Of a stretch of 64,000 nucleotides of DNA, positions 38,051 to 48,884 are shown piece by piece. A model generated the notes under the pieces. It was not told where the DNA came from and did no database searches. It was given only the letters and a program-made list of their open reading frames with translations. This stretch comes from Camelus dromedarius (lineage: Eukaryota). How positions within the stretch are numbered: the first letter of the stretch is position 1; the number at the start of each line of letters is the position of its first letter. The stretch covers positions 15,500,001 through 15,564,000 of the forward strand of contig NC_087436.1 of NCBI RefSeq assembly GCF_036321535.1, written 5' to 3'. The translations under genes were made by a program, and so were the position numbers.

Positions 38051-39649
38051 CGTCCGGCCCGGCCCACGCCCCTGTCCCCACCAGCGCCGTCCCGCCCCCA
38101 GCCCCGCCTCTGCCCCCGCCCTCTGCCTCGCCCTCAGCCCCGCCCCTGCCCCCGGGGCGCGCGGCTGCCAGGTGCGCGGTGCGAGGGGGCGGGGCAGCGG
38201 GCTCCGCTGCAAGGCCGCCCCGGCGCCCGTTTCCAAGGTGAAGGAGGAGGAGTCTCTGAGAGAAAGTTTCCACCGAAACTTAAACCCTGCGGAATGGAGG
38301 ACACCTCGCCCTTGGGGGTTCGCCTTTCGCCGGCACTGCACCCCTTCACCCTACTCCTCTCACCACACACGCAGAAAATAAATCAGCCTTACAGTACGGC
38401 TAAAAGGCTCGTTTCTTGGGTTCTGCTGAGTGGAGAAAGTCAGACGACTCTACTTTGAGATTTAGATCTACTCCTACTGGGACGTTTTAGATTTCTCACT
38501 TCCCAGAGGTTTAACGGCGGCCATCGGCGCCCTTTCCCCACTACAGTTTCTTTTTTTCCTAAAATGTTATTACAGCCTGCAGAGAGCCGAATTGAGTGAT
38601 GGAAACGTTCGCCTTGCACTTCTGGCAAACTCCCCGAAGTGGGCAGGGGCAGACGAGGCCTCGTAGATGTTAATAAAGTGCCCAGGTTCTGGGACCCGGA
38701 GGAGAGCGGGGCGGGGCGGCTGGTTTGTTTTTCAAGGGGAGTCAGCGTTATCGGAGTTGTCCGTCAGGATATGTGTGCAGTTCACTAGCGATTTTCCTCC
38801 TGAAAATGAGGGCTCTTTAATTCGGACAATTCTACGGCGAAAAGGAAGCTTCCCCAACTCAGGACTCCGTGGAAAATGGGAGAGCACGTCGGGATCAATT
38901 TCCGCACCACCCCGGGAGTGGTGAGGGCCTTTGGCACTGCCCTGTCTCACCATCATTCCCAGAGCCCGGACCTCGGACCCTGGACGGCCCGGCCGCTGGT
39001 TGGCCAGCTGCCCTTCACGAGAGACTGTGCCCATTGCCAGGCTGGCATCGCCACCTCCCCAGTCCATTCCTCCGCCTCCCACACACCTTCCGTCCTTGGG
39101 TGGCAAAGACAGAGGTCTGCTTTCTGGACTTTAAATCCAGGAGGAGGAATCAAATTCTTGGTTAGAGGCCCTCTTGGCATATTCAGAACCCTACAGTTGA
39201 TGTGGCTGAAACTTGAGCTGAGCCTCAATCTGAGCAGGTTGGGCCACACCATGTCTTGCAAAGGCGGATGTGGAGCTTCTCCCACTGTGGTGGCACCCTG
39301 CTGGCACGGCATCAGATTCTCCTTTGGAGGAAGTATCTTCTTCCCTGCATTCTCGATGAATGCCACCCGGAGACAACCAAAATCAAGTATATCCAGTTTC
39401 AGGTTCTCTCTTGCACCCATGGTAATCAGAGGATGCAAACCTCACACTTCCTTCTGTAAGTCTCCCGCCACTGCTGTACTTGATGAAGGCAGCAGGAATG
39501 CATTTGCTGCGAATACTTCTCGGGATTTATCAGCCTTCCACCGATAACAAGTGCAGACAAGCGGCTCCTAAAAAAAAGCTGGGGTAGGAGCGGGGAGGTT
39601 TTGCCCAGCGAGTCACCTTGGCCTGTTCTAACAATTAGGAAGTGGGAGG

Positions 39650-40415
39650 ATCATTTACTCAACCAATATTTTTTGAGTGTTTTTTGCGTGCTAGGCATCC
39701 CTCTAAGGCTCAGGGACACAGCAGAGAACAAAAACATAAAAATCCTAGCCTTCCAGGCGGCAGAGACAGATGATAAAGAAAATATGTGGTCTGTCATATA
39801 ATTAGAAACGCAATGGAGAAAAATTAGACTGGGGGAGAAAAGAGTAAGAGATGATCAAAGAAAGCCTCTGGACATAATATTTGAGCAAAGGCCTGAAGGC
39901 ATTTGGGGAACAAGATATCCGGACAGGCAACTTCTGAGGCAGAAAGCACAGCATGTACAAAAGCTCCGAGGCAGGAATGTGCCTGTGGGTGCTGGGAGCA
40001 ACCAAGAGGCCAAGGTGGCAGAAAGGAGAAGTCGGAGAGGTAAGAGTAGGAAGGATCAAATGAGGCTTTTACTCTGAGTGAGTTGGAAGCCATTGGAGGG
40101 TTTTGTGTAGAAAAGTGACATCCTCTGACACACTGTAATAGGATCACTGCTGGGTTGAAAGTAGACAGTAAGGGGTAAAGGCTGAAGCAGAAACCTATCC
40201 CAAGGCTACTGAAATAATCCAGGAGTAAGAGTGGAGCGATTGGACCATGGAGACCGGGTTGGCAGTGATGACCCCACAAGGATTCCTCACAGACTAGCTG
40301 TGGAGTGTGAAGGAAAGAGACAAGGCTGACTCTGAGGTTTTTGGCCTGAGCAGCTGGAAGAATAGAATTGCAGTAACAAAGATGGCGAAGACTTCAGAAG
40401 GAGCAAGGTGGAGGT
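39650..40415 (-). mobile_element. L2a-like LINE remnant
   Basis: catttactcaaccaatattttttgagtg...tttgagcaaaggcctgaagg...ggaagccattggagggttttg...ggtttttggcctgagcagctggaagaa. Confidence 0.85.
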
Positions 40416-40420
40416 AAAAT

Positions 40421-40747
40421 CAAAAAAGACAAATGAACTTAGTTACAAAGCAGAAACAGACTCACAGACACAGAAAACAAACTTATGGTTACAAGGATGG
40501 GGGGGAGGAATAAATTGGGAGTTCAAGATTTGCAGATACTAACTACTATATATAAAATAGATAAACAAGTTTATACTGTATAGCACAGGGGAACTATATT
40601 TGATATCTTGTAGTAAACTATGATGAAAAAGAATATGAAAATGAATGTGTGTATGTACATGTATGACTGAACTATTATGCTGTACACCAGAAATTAACAC
40701 GTTGTAACTGACTGTACTTCAATTTAAATAAATTTAAATTTAAAAAA
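40421..40747 (+). mobile_element. Cetartiodactyl-type L1 3' UTR fragment
   Basis: gacaaatgaactt...cagactcacagacacagaaaacaaacttatggttac...gactgtacttcaat. Confidence 0.9.
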
Positions 40748-40779
40748 GAAGGCCAAAGGGAAGAAGACAGGAAAGAAAG

Positions 40780-40940
40780 GACATGTAATTTGAATGATCT
40801 TCAATTTCCTCAGCTTATAAAATGAAGAAAATAATACCTACTTCATTAGGGTTGTTTTAAGGATGACATGAATTAATGTAGTGAAGTGTCTCATATAGTA
40901 CCTGACACCTGGCAGGCACTTAAGAATGTTAGTTCCCTCC
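40780..40940 (+). mobile_element. MIR remnant
   Basis: tcaatttcctcagcttataaaatgaag...ataatacctacttcattagggttgtt. Confidence 0.7.
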
Positions 40941-41640
40941 CTGCAAATATGAATTTCATTTATATCCATTATGCCCTCTGGGAGTGAAACACTGTTTTAG
41001 CAGAAATAGTTTTCCTAAAATAAAGAAGAGGGAAAAGAAAATGGGAGAGAAAGGACATGAAATGAAAACATAAGAAATGAAGTCCAACAAAGGTGCCTAA
41101 TGCTATCTATCTGTGATAATCATTTCTCCTAAGTTCTGCTTCCTCAAGGGGACAAACCAAAGTATTATTGTTTGATGGCTTGGAAAAGAAATTTGAAATA
41201 TAGAAAGTTTGTAGTAAAGCTTAAAAAAAATCTACAACACATGAAATATGGAAAGAATGTTGGTTGCTATTCCTTATAAAGGATTCTTTCAAACAAATAA
41301 GATGTAAGAATAGAAAAATAGTCAAAGGAAATGAACAGAGAATTCTAAAAAAAAAAAGCCAATATTTTAAAAAATCCAACCATATTAAGTAAAGCTATAA
41401 AAAGAGGCAATTGTTTTTATTTATAAATTGGGCAAGGATTAGAAATAATAATTATGCCTATTGTTGGATACTGGACAATAACATACCATGCTGAAAGGAA
41501 TATAAGATACAGTAATTTTTAGCAATTTATATCTAAATATTTAAAACTTACCAGAAATTTCACTTCTAGGAATTTATTCTAATATTCAAATGTTTGCTAA
41601 AAATGTATATATAAGAATGTCCATTACAATGTTATTTAAC

Positions 41641-41717
41641 TTTTTTATTTTAGTGAATGTACTGGGGATTGAACCCAGGACCGCGTGCATGCTAAGCATG
41701 CACTCTACCACTGACCT
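41641..41717 (-). mobile_element. 5'-truncated Vic-1-type SINE inside an ancient L1ME-like remnant
   Basis: gtactggggattgaacccaggaccgcgtgcatgctaagcatgcactctaccactga; TSD atgttatttaa at 41629-41639 and 41718-41728. Confidence 0.9.
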
Positions 41718-43069
41718 ATGTTATTTAAATGTAGTGAAAAAGTTAGAAAGATCCTAAGTATCCAACAAGACAGAATTATGATAAGTACTATATGTTATGA
41801 TTTAGTCATGTTATAATATTATAACATGATTTTAAAATATTGTTGAGTATCTACTAAATGGAAACATGTTCACAATACCTTACTATATGAAATAAGTCTG
41901 CTACCAAACAGTGTGTAAAATATGATTTTCCTTAATAATGTTAATAGTTGTACCTCCATACTAGGATGACAGTTTATTTTTATTGTCTTCTTTGTGCTTT
42001 TCTCTATTTCCAAGTTTTCTGCCATAAGCAAGTATACATTCTCTTAGAAGTGGAATTGCTGGATGACAGGCTGTGTATATCAGTAAGATTTAGTTAATAC
42101 TGCCAAACAGGTTTTCAAAGTACTTATCCCAATTTTCACTCCCACCAGCAATATATGGGTTCTGGTTTGGAGATGCATCTTTAATATTATGCATCCAGGA
42201 AACAGCAATTGATTTGAACCCTACTGCTTTAGAAGTTACAATAATTAGCTAAGAAGTTAGAAATAAGCACATTGGTTGTGAATGCATATGTCAATAACAT
42301 AATATCAACCATTTCTAACTAGTACTTTTCATTAATTTCTCATTTTATTTATTTTTACCCTCTTTAGCTGTGTATACAATATAAGTACTGAAATTAGATT
42401 TCTTAGAAGCCAGATAAGACTTCCTCCTTTATCTTACCTCCTATAGCCCCACTTAAAAATGTAATTATGTCTTAAATTGTATACATTTCTCAAGCTATTA
42501 AATATTTAAAATATCAAAAATCCAGAATTATATGAAAAAAAGAGAGCAGTATCTCATTAACGCATGCACTTGCATACATTCATCTTTCACAGAGCTTGGA
42601 AGACTGAAGTCAATATCTTAACATCTCTATAAGGAAGCGGACAAAGGGTATCACCCTCTGTTTAACAAAAACAGAAGCTAAGGTGTATCTTAGGGAAGTG
42701 AACCGTCTGAGATGAGGATATCAACACAATCCCATCATTGACCCAGATAACTTGGAATCTAAACTAAAAACACATGAAGATTTATCATTTGTAGTCAAAT
42801 TCAATCTAAATTTAAATTGTCTTCTAAAGTTGCTTTCCTTAAGAAGAGCTCAGAAATGAACCATGTATATCCTATTAGAATACCAATCATCCTGTCCAGA
42901 AATTCTTCTTTCTAACAAATATGTTAATAAAAACCTATTGCTTTTTGAATGGTCTTGTCTCCTGTGGAAATTGTCAAGTGGTCAGGGTCTACTCCACTGA
43001 TGATGTAAGGCCTATTTATTATTAAAACTCTTCTCAAATCCATTTGTCTTCTCTTTTAAAGTGAATCAC

Positions 43070-43330
43070 CATAGCATGTTAAGGGCCCAGGCTCTACAGC
43101 AGATGCAGCTGATAGACGTGTTCAAAACCCACTTCTACTGCTTTCCAGCTTTGTGACCTGGATCAGATAACTAAGTATTCTTATTCATTTCTGTTGTGCC
43201 TCAGCTTTCTCTCCAAAAATAATAACCAGAGTACCTACCTACATCATTGGTCTGTAATAAGGATTGTATATCTCTATCTATGTATTTCTGAGTACAGTCT
43301 AGGGCACATAATAAGCACTTAGTAAATTTA
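43070..43330 (+). mobile_element. MIR remnant
   Basis: cagctttgtgacctgg...gtgcctcagctttctc...gtacctacct...ggcacataataagcacttagtaaat. Confidence 0.7.
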
Positions 43331-43574
43331 ATTTTCAAGGCAATTTCTAGTAACTTTATCATAAGGAAATAATTCTAAATATAAATATTTATGTACAAGT
43401 ATTGTCATACCAACAAGACTTTATAATATCCAACCTTTGAAAACAATTTAACTGACAAATAGGAATGAACTGAAATAAATTATATTCTATCCAAGCATAG
43501 TTTACCAAATAGTGTGCTCTCATATTTTATTAAAAATATATATATAAAACAAAATCCATAGGTACATTCAGAAC

Positions 43575-43720
43575 CACAACATATGGTTGTACAAGTCCTT
43601 CACTGCACAGTGTCCCTGCCCTAGGGACAAGTGAGATTTGAAATCCAGCTGTGCCCTGCTTATCAAGCCACACACCCTGGTGCAGGGTTGCATTCACCTA
43701 GAAGGGGCAGTATGGCTTAG
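43575..43720. mobile_element. MER91A-like hAT-Tip100 MITE
   Basis: ggttgtacaag...cactgcaca...tgaaatccagc...caagccacacaccctggtgcagggttgcattcacc. Confidence 0.5.
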
Positions 43721-44056
43721 CATCAGCCATCCAGAAATATGGACAGAAAAAAGACTGGAAAGATACAAATACAAACCAAAGTATTAGCATTGATTTTTTT
43801 TTAATTATGGAAATTTTATTTTCCTATGCTAAACACTTGTTTGATAAATTAAGCACAAGCCATTACTTACTACTATTATTATTTCTTAAAACTATTAAAA
43901 GTTTATTAAAATTTTAGCATTGATTATTTTAAAGTAACAGGATTCTGAGTTTTTTTCACTATGATTTTTTAAATTTTCCAAATTTTCTACAATGAGCATG
44001 TATTGCGTTTACAATTATAAAAGACAAAATTTTTACTTTTAAAAAATAAATTGGAT

Positions 44057-44518
44057 AAGCAGAAGGAAAGAAATAATAAAGATCAGGGAGGAAATAAATA
44101 AAATAGAGATTAAAAAATCGATAGGAAAAAAAATCAATCAAACCAAGAGCTGGTTTTTTGAAAGAGTAAACAAATTACATAAACCTCTGGCCAGGCTCAC
44201 CAAGAAGAAAAAAGAGAGGACACAAATAAATAAAATAAGAAAGGAAAATGGAGAAATTACAACCAATACCACAGAAATACAAAAAAAAAAAGAGAGAGAG
44301 AGAGAGAGAATACTATGAACAACTATATGGCAACAAATTGGACAACCAAGAAGAAGTGAACACGTTTCTAGAAACATACAGTCCACCAAAACTGAATCAA
44401 GAAGAAATAGACCACTTGAACAGTCCAATCACTAGAAGTGAAATAGAATGTTGATAAAGGAAATTAAAGGTGATTTAAAGAAATGGAAATATATCCCATG
44501 CTCTTGGATTGGAAGAAT
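44057..44518 (+). mobile_element. Internal L1 ORF2 fragments: two non-contiguous pieces joined, no 3' UTR
   Basis: Translates to [47 protein letters not shown], then jumps to [20 protein letters not shown]. Confidence 0.85.
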
Positions 44519-44534
44519 TTTTTTTAATTGGATT

Positions 44535-44845
44535 TAAAAATGCAAGTCAAAACTATGAGATATCACCTCATACCCATTAAGAGGGCTACTATCCCAAAAA
44601 CAGAAAATAGAAGTGTTGGGGAGGATGTGGAGAAATTGGAAGCCTTGTGCACTGTTGGTGGGGATGAAAAATGGTACAGCCACTGTGGAAAATAGTAAGG
44701 AAGTTCTCATAAAGTTAAAAATTGAACTACCATATGATCCAGCAATTCCACTTCTGAGTGTATATCCAAAAGAATTGAAAGCAGGATCTGAAAGAGATAT
44801 TTGTACACCCATGTTCTTAGCAGCATTTGTACCCAATAGCCAAGA
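44535..44845 (+). mobile_element. Older L1 ORF2 C-terminal fragment
   Basis: Translates to [38 protein letters not shown]. Confidence 0.85.
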
Positions 44846-45163
44846 GGAGGAGGTCGGAAACTCTGGCAATGTCCCTGACTAGCTGCCTTTCCCAGGGTCA
44901 TGCCCACTTCTTGGGGACAGCCTGCATCCAATGACTGGTCTATGCAAAGAATAAAGGTTGAGTCTACTCAGTCCAAATCAGAAGAGCTGTCCCAACTCCA
45001 GAGCTCCTCATGGAATCAGACTGAGACTGCCCCAGTTCAAGTTTCAATTCAGAAGGATCCTGATTCTTTCATTCCTCCATCTGTGTTGAGCCCATATCCC
45101 AATAAACTTCCCGTGTGCAAATCTCTATCTTACAGACTGTTTCCCAGAGGACCCAACCTGCAA
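44846..45163 (+). mobile_element. LTR16A-like ERVL LTR
   Basis: gggacagcctgcatccaatgactgg...aataaacttcccgtgtgcaaatctctatcttacagactgtttcccagaggacccaacctgcaa. Confidence 0.7.
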
Positions 45164-45181
45164 ATTTATTAAAGAAATCCT

Positions 45182-46491
45182 GCTCTTTGCATATCCTGTG
45201 CTGGAGGAGACACATGCTGCTGACCTTGTCTTCTTTGTGGCACACTTACAGCCGTCTAGAGAATTTTCTCTCCCCTGTGCACAATGGCAACTCTTAAGGA
45301 AAAGCTGATCGCACCAGTTGCAGAAGAAGAGGCAATGGTCCCCAACAATAAGATCACTGTAGTGGGTGCTGGAAAGTTGGCACAGCATGTGCCATCAGCA
45401 TTTTGGGAAAGTCTCTGTCTGATGAACTTGCTCTTGTGGATATTTTGGAAGATAAACACAAAGGCGAAATGACAGATCTTCTGCATGGGGCTTGTTTCTT
45501 CAGACACCAAAAAATGTGGCAGATAAAGATTACTCTTTGACCACCAATCTCAAGTTTGTGGTTTTGACTGCAGGAGTTCTCCAGCAAGAGGGGGAGAGTT
45601 GTCTCAATCTGGTGCAGAGGAACGTTAATGTCTTCAAGTTCATCATTCCTTAGATCATCAAGTACAGTCCTGATTGAATCATAATTGTGGTTTCTAACCC
45701 AGTGGATATTCTCACATATATTACCTGGAGACTAACTGTATTACCCAAACACTGTGTGATTGGAAATGAGTGCAGTCTGGATTCTACTAGATTCCGCTAT
45801 CTTATGGCGGAAAAAGTTGGCATTCATCCCAGCAGCTGCCACGGATGGATTTTGGGAGAACATGGCAACTCAAGTGTGGTTATGTGGAGTGGGGTGAATG
45901 TGGCAGCCGTTTCTCTCCAGGAACTGAATCCAGAAATGGGAATGGACAATGATAGTGAAAATTGGAAGGAGTGCATAAGATGGTGGTTGACAGTGCCTAT
46001 GAAGTCATCAACCTAAAGGGGTACACCAACTGGGCTATTAGATTAAGTATTGAATCCATGTTGAAAAATATCTCCAGGATTCACCCAGTGCCAGCAATGG
46101 TAAGGGGGATGTATGACATCGAGAATGAAGTCTTCCTGAGCTTTCCATGTATCCTGAATACTTGAGGATTAACCAGTTTTATCAACCAGAAGCTGAAGGA
46201 TGATGAGGTTGCCCAACACAAGAAAAGTGCAGACACCCTATGGGACATCCAGAAGGATCTAAAGGACCCATGACTACTGGCTTCTAGTTCTAGGTTGTAG
46301 AAACTTAAAAACTACGATGTAATTAACCATGAGCCTTTAGTTTTCATCCATGTACATGGGGCACAGTTTGCTTTTATCTTCCTAAATCTCTGAATCTGGG
46401 TTCACAGAATCAAAGCCTGTGCTTGGTTTAATGCTTGCAATGAGTCCTTGAACAAATAAAATACAACTGTCATAGTGTGAAGAAAAAAAAA
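45182..46491 (+). pseudogene. LDHB: Processed pseudogene of lactate dehydrogenase B (CDS remnant 45284-46273)
   Basis: Reads [28 protein letters not shown] ... [10 protein letters not shown] ... HGWILGEHG ... [10 protein letters not shown] with no introns. It has frameshifts (first near 45373), stops TAG 45651, TGA 45675 and TGA 46163, and loss of the VADL codons. AATAAA is at 46455, followed by an A tail, and TSD aaagaaat(c/t)ct is at 45171 and 46489. Confidence 0.97.
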
Positions 46492-46519
46492 GAAATTCTT
46501 TCGTTTCCTGATAGTCTCC

Positions 46520-47300
46520 TGTATTTTCTTCTTTCATTTTACATTTGACCTTTAGATTTTTAAAAAATACATTTGGAGTTTACTTTTATATAAAATAGGG
46601 ATCTGATTGTATTTTCCTCCTTACAATGAGAAAATTTTCTCATTACTATTTACTAAATAATCCATCATTTCTTCTGATTTTATTTCTCTATCATATAACA
46701 AATTCCCATATGTATGTATACAGGTCTGTTTCATGACTTTCTACTCTGCCCTCTCGGCTTAAAGATTTGATCCTGTGACACTGTTTCAATTGTTTTGGTT
46801 TATTTTTCAAAATTGCCTTTAGATATTCACCAAATATATTTCAGAATCATTTTATTGATCTACCTCCCAAAATCCTTCTGGAATTTTTTAAAAATTATAC
46901 TGCATTTACAGATTAATTTTGGAGGAATTAAGCCTTTAAAATGTTAAATCATCTTATCTATTATCATGGTATTTTGCTTCTTTTTTAGGTATTTTTAATA
47001 TCCTTTAATAGAGTCATGCAATATTTCCAGTATTTTTGTATTCTTTATTAGCTTAATTTCTGTATGTTATAGGGTTTTGTTGCTATTAAAATATCTTGTG
47101 TTAAAATTTCTAATTGGTTGCTGTTGTTAAAGAGGAGTGAATTTTTATATATTGATCACATATCTGGCTGTCTGGCTGAACTCTCTTACTAGTTCTAAAG
47201 ATTGATTGAATTGAAGAGGTATTTATGTAAAAGATAAACATCTGAAAATGAGAATTTTGTCCCTTTCTTTCCCATCCTTCTATGTTGTAACAGATATTTA
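46520..47300 (-). mobile_element. Ancient L1 ORF2 remnant
   Basis: T-rich antisense L1 motifs such as catttacagattaattttggaggaatt and ttctaattggttgctg. Confidence 0.6.
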
Positions 47301-47740
47301 TCGCTCTTCCCAGCCACCTAGCATGTTTAAACATCCTTCCTAGATATTCAAAGAGGTTTCTCTCCTGGTAAGTTCCCAGCTCCCATGATAAGAGACAGAA
47401 ATTTGCTTTTTCCAGACTCCTGTGCAACTAGAATGCAGACTTTGAAAGGGAGATTGATGAAGTAAAGAATAAAGCTCTATGAGGAGTCATTGCAGAAGAG
47501 AGGCAGAAGACACAGATTGGCTCGTGGCAGAAATTTTTGCCAGTACCCAGTAACACCCAGTACCCAGATTGGTAGAGTTGTGAGGAGCAGATCTGGATTT
47601 GGGTGTTGTTCCTAGTTGCGTAGGCTCCAAATTGGGCTTTATAGACTCAATAAGGTAACTAATATTGCTTAATAAGTTACTTTCTTTTAAGCCAGCTAGA
47701 TATAGTTTCTGCAGTTTGTAGCAGAAATATGACAGTGATA
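47300..47740 (+). mobile_element. LTR33-like ERVL LTR
   Basis: tttccagactcctgtgcaactag...aataagttactttcttttaagccagctaga...tttctgcagtttg. Confidence 0.5.
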
Positions 47741-47744
47741 TGTC

Positions 47745-47746
<2 letters not shown>

Positions 47747-47775
<29 letters not shown>
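47747..47775. repeat. Poly(T) tract, 29 nt
   Basis: Seen directly. Confidence 0.95.
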
Positions 47776-47777
<2 letters not shown>

Positions 47778-47879
47778 CTTTTTGCAATGGCCAAGCCGTC
47801 AAATACTAATTTGAAAGGTAGTGGTCATGGTGTGGATCACTGTGTTTTTCTCAAACCTAAAGCAAATACAAAGTAGAAA

Positions 47880-48340
47880 CTACCCGTTGTCAATTCAATT
47901 TCAAGTCTCTATTTTTCACTTTCTACCAGAAACCAATTTTGTTTATAGAGACAATATGCAGCTGCCTTTGCAACTAAAGGTGGTTGTGTAACACAGTCCA
48001 AGCCAATGGGATGTTAGGAGAACAAACCTGTGTGTGCTTTCAGAAAGCCCAGCTGGCTTGGTCCTCATCCCTTTACCCTTCTCTCCATCCCCTTCCTCCT
48101 GTCTGGATGGTGGTTACCTAGAGGGGCAGAAAGCACCTTAAGAAGCTGAGAATGAAAGCTGAGTGTGTGGGATGGTGGAAGGGACCTAGAACACTGATGC
48201 TTTATGAGGCTGTGCACCATGGCTGTGCTGCCCATCCTTGGACCTCCTGTCTGTTATGAGGAAAAAGCAATCCCTGTGTGTTTATACCACTGCTGTTTGG
48301 GTTTCATTTACGTATGGCAAACACATACCTAGATAATATC
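47880..48340 (+). mobile_element. MLT1J-like MaLR LTR
   Basis: ctttgcaactaaaggtggttgtgtaacacagtccaagccaatgggatgt...gtttataccactgctgtttgggttt. Confidence 0.65.
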
Positions 48341-48884
48341 ACATCTAGAGATTCTGATAAACGTGATATTTGCTGCAGATTTTTGGTTACTGTCCTTCAT
48401 TAGGTTGAAATTTTCCCCTTTTATTCCAGATTGTGGAGATCTCCTTTCTGACATCTCCAGAATTGTACATGAGAGAGAGCCAGCAACCATTTTTAGTTTA
48501 CCATCTTATCTAGAACCTGAAGTCTCTGGTTTAATGCATGAAATATGAATGCAACTATATTTCTTTATAAACTATATGCTTTGAGGATAAGGAAGATACT
48601 GTGTGTGTGTATAGATACATTTATTTCTTCCTTCCCTTGCTGCCTCTCAATATTTTACACACAGTTCAGGAACCCACCAAATTCCAAACATTCCATTAGT
48701 CCTTGAGGGAGTCATAAAAATGAGTACAGTATCATCTTCACCATTGTAATCCAGTAAGGAAAATAAACTATCAGCCCTAACCACTATAAACAAGGTTTAA
48801 CATGATTAGAGTTATAGGACATTTTTAAAGGGTAGTAATTTTAGCTGGTGCTATCTGGGAAGGTCTCAAAGACCCATATTTGAA

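Larger units (their letters stand above)
37370..39060. promoter_or_regulatory. CpG island promoter with multiple GC boxes
   Basis: Sharp rise in GC content and CpG density; repeated GGGCGG/CCGCCC at about 38000-38190; no repeats recognised within it. Confidence 0.9.

Noticed and set aside
37390..38381. Long overlapping ORFs in the CpG island, up to 225 aa
   Set aside because: They are Gly/Arg/Pro/Ala-rich products expected from stop-codon depletion in very GC-rich DNA; most start at non-ATG codons and none has a recognisable domain.
39360..39410. Kinase-like LKLDILDFG motif in the minus-strand ORF
   Set aside because: No HRD, VAIK, glycine-loop or APE motif in register; treated as coincidence.
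45284..46273. Functional LDH gene (ORF-track peptides at 45284, 45687 and 45962)
   Set aside because: Frameshifts, three in-frame stops, a 12-nt deletion, no introns, poly(A) and TSD show it is a processed pseudogene.
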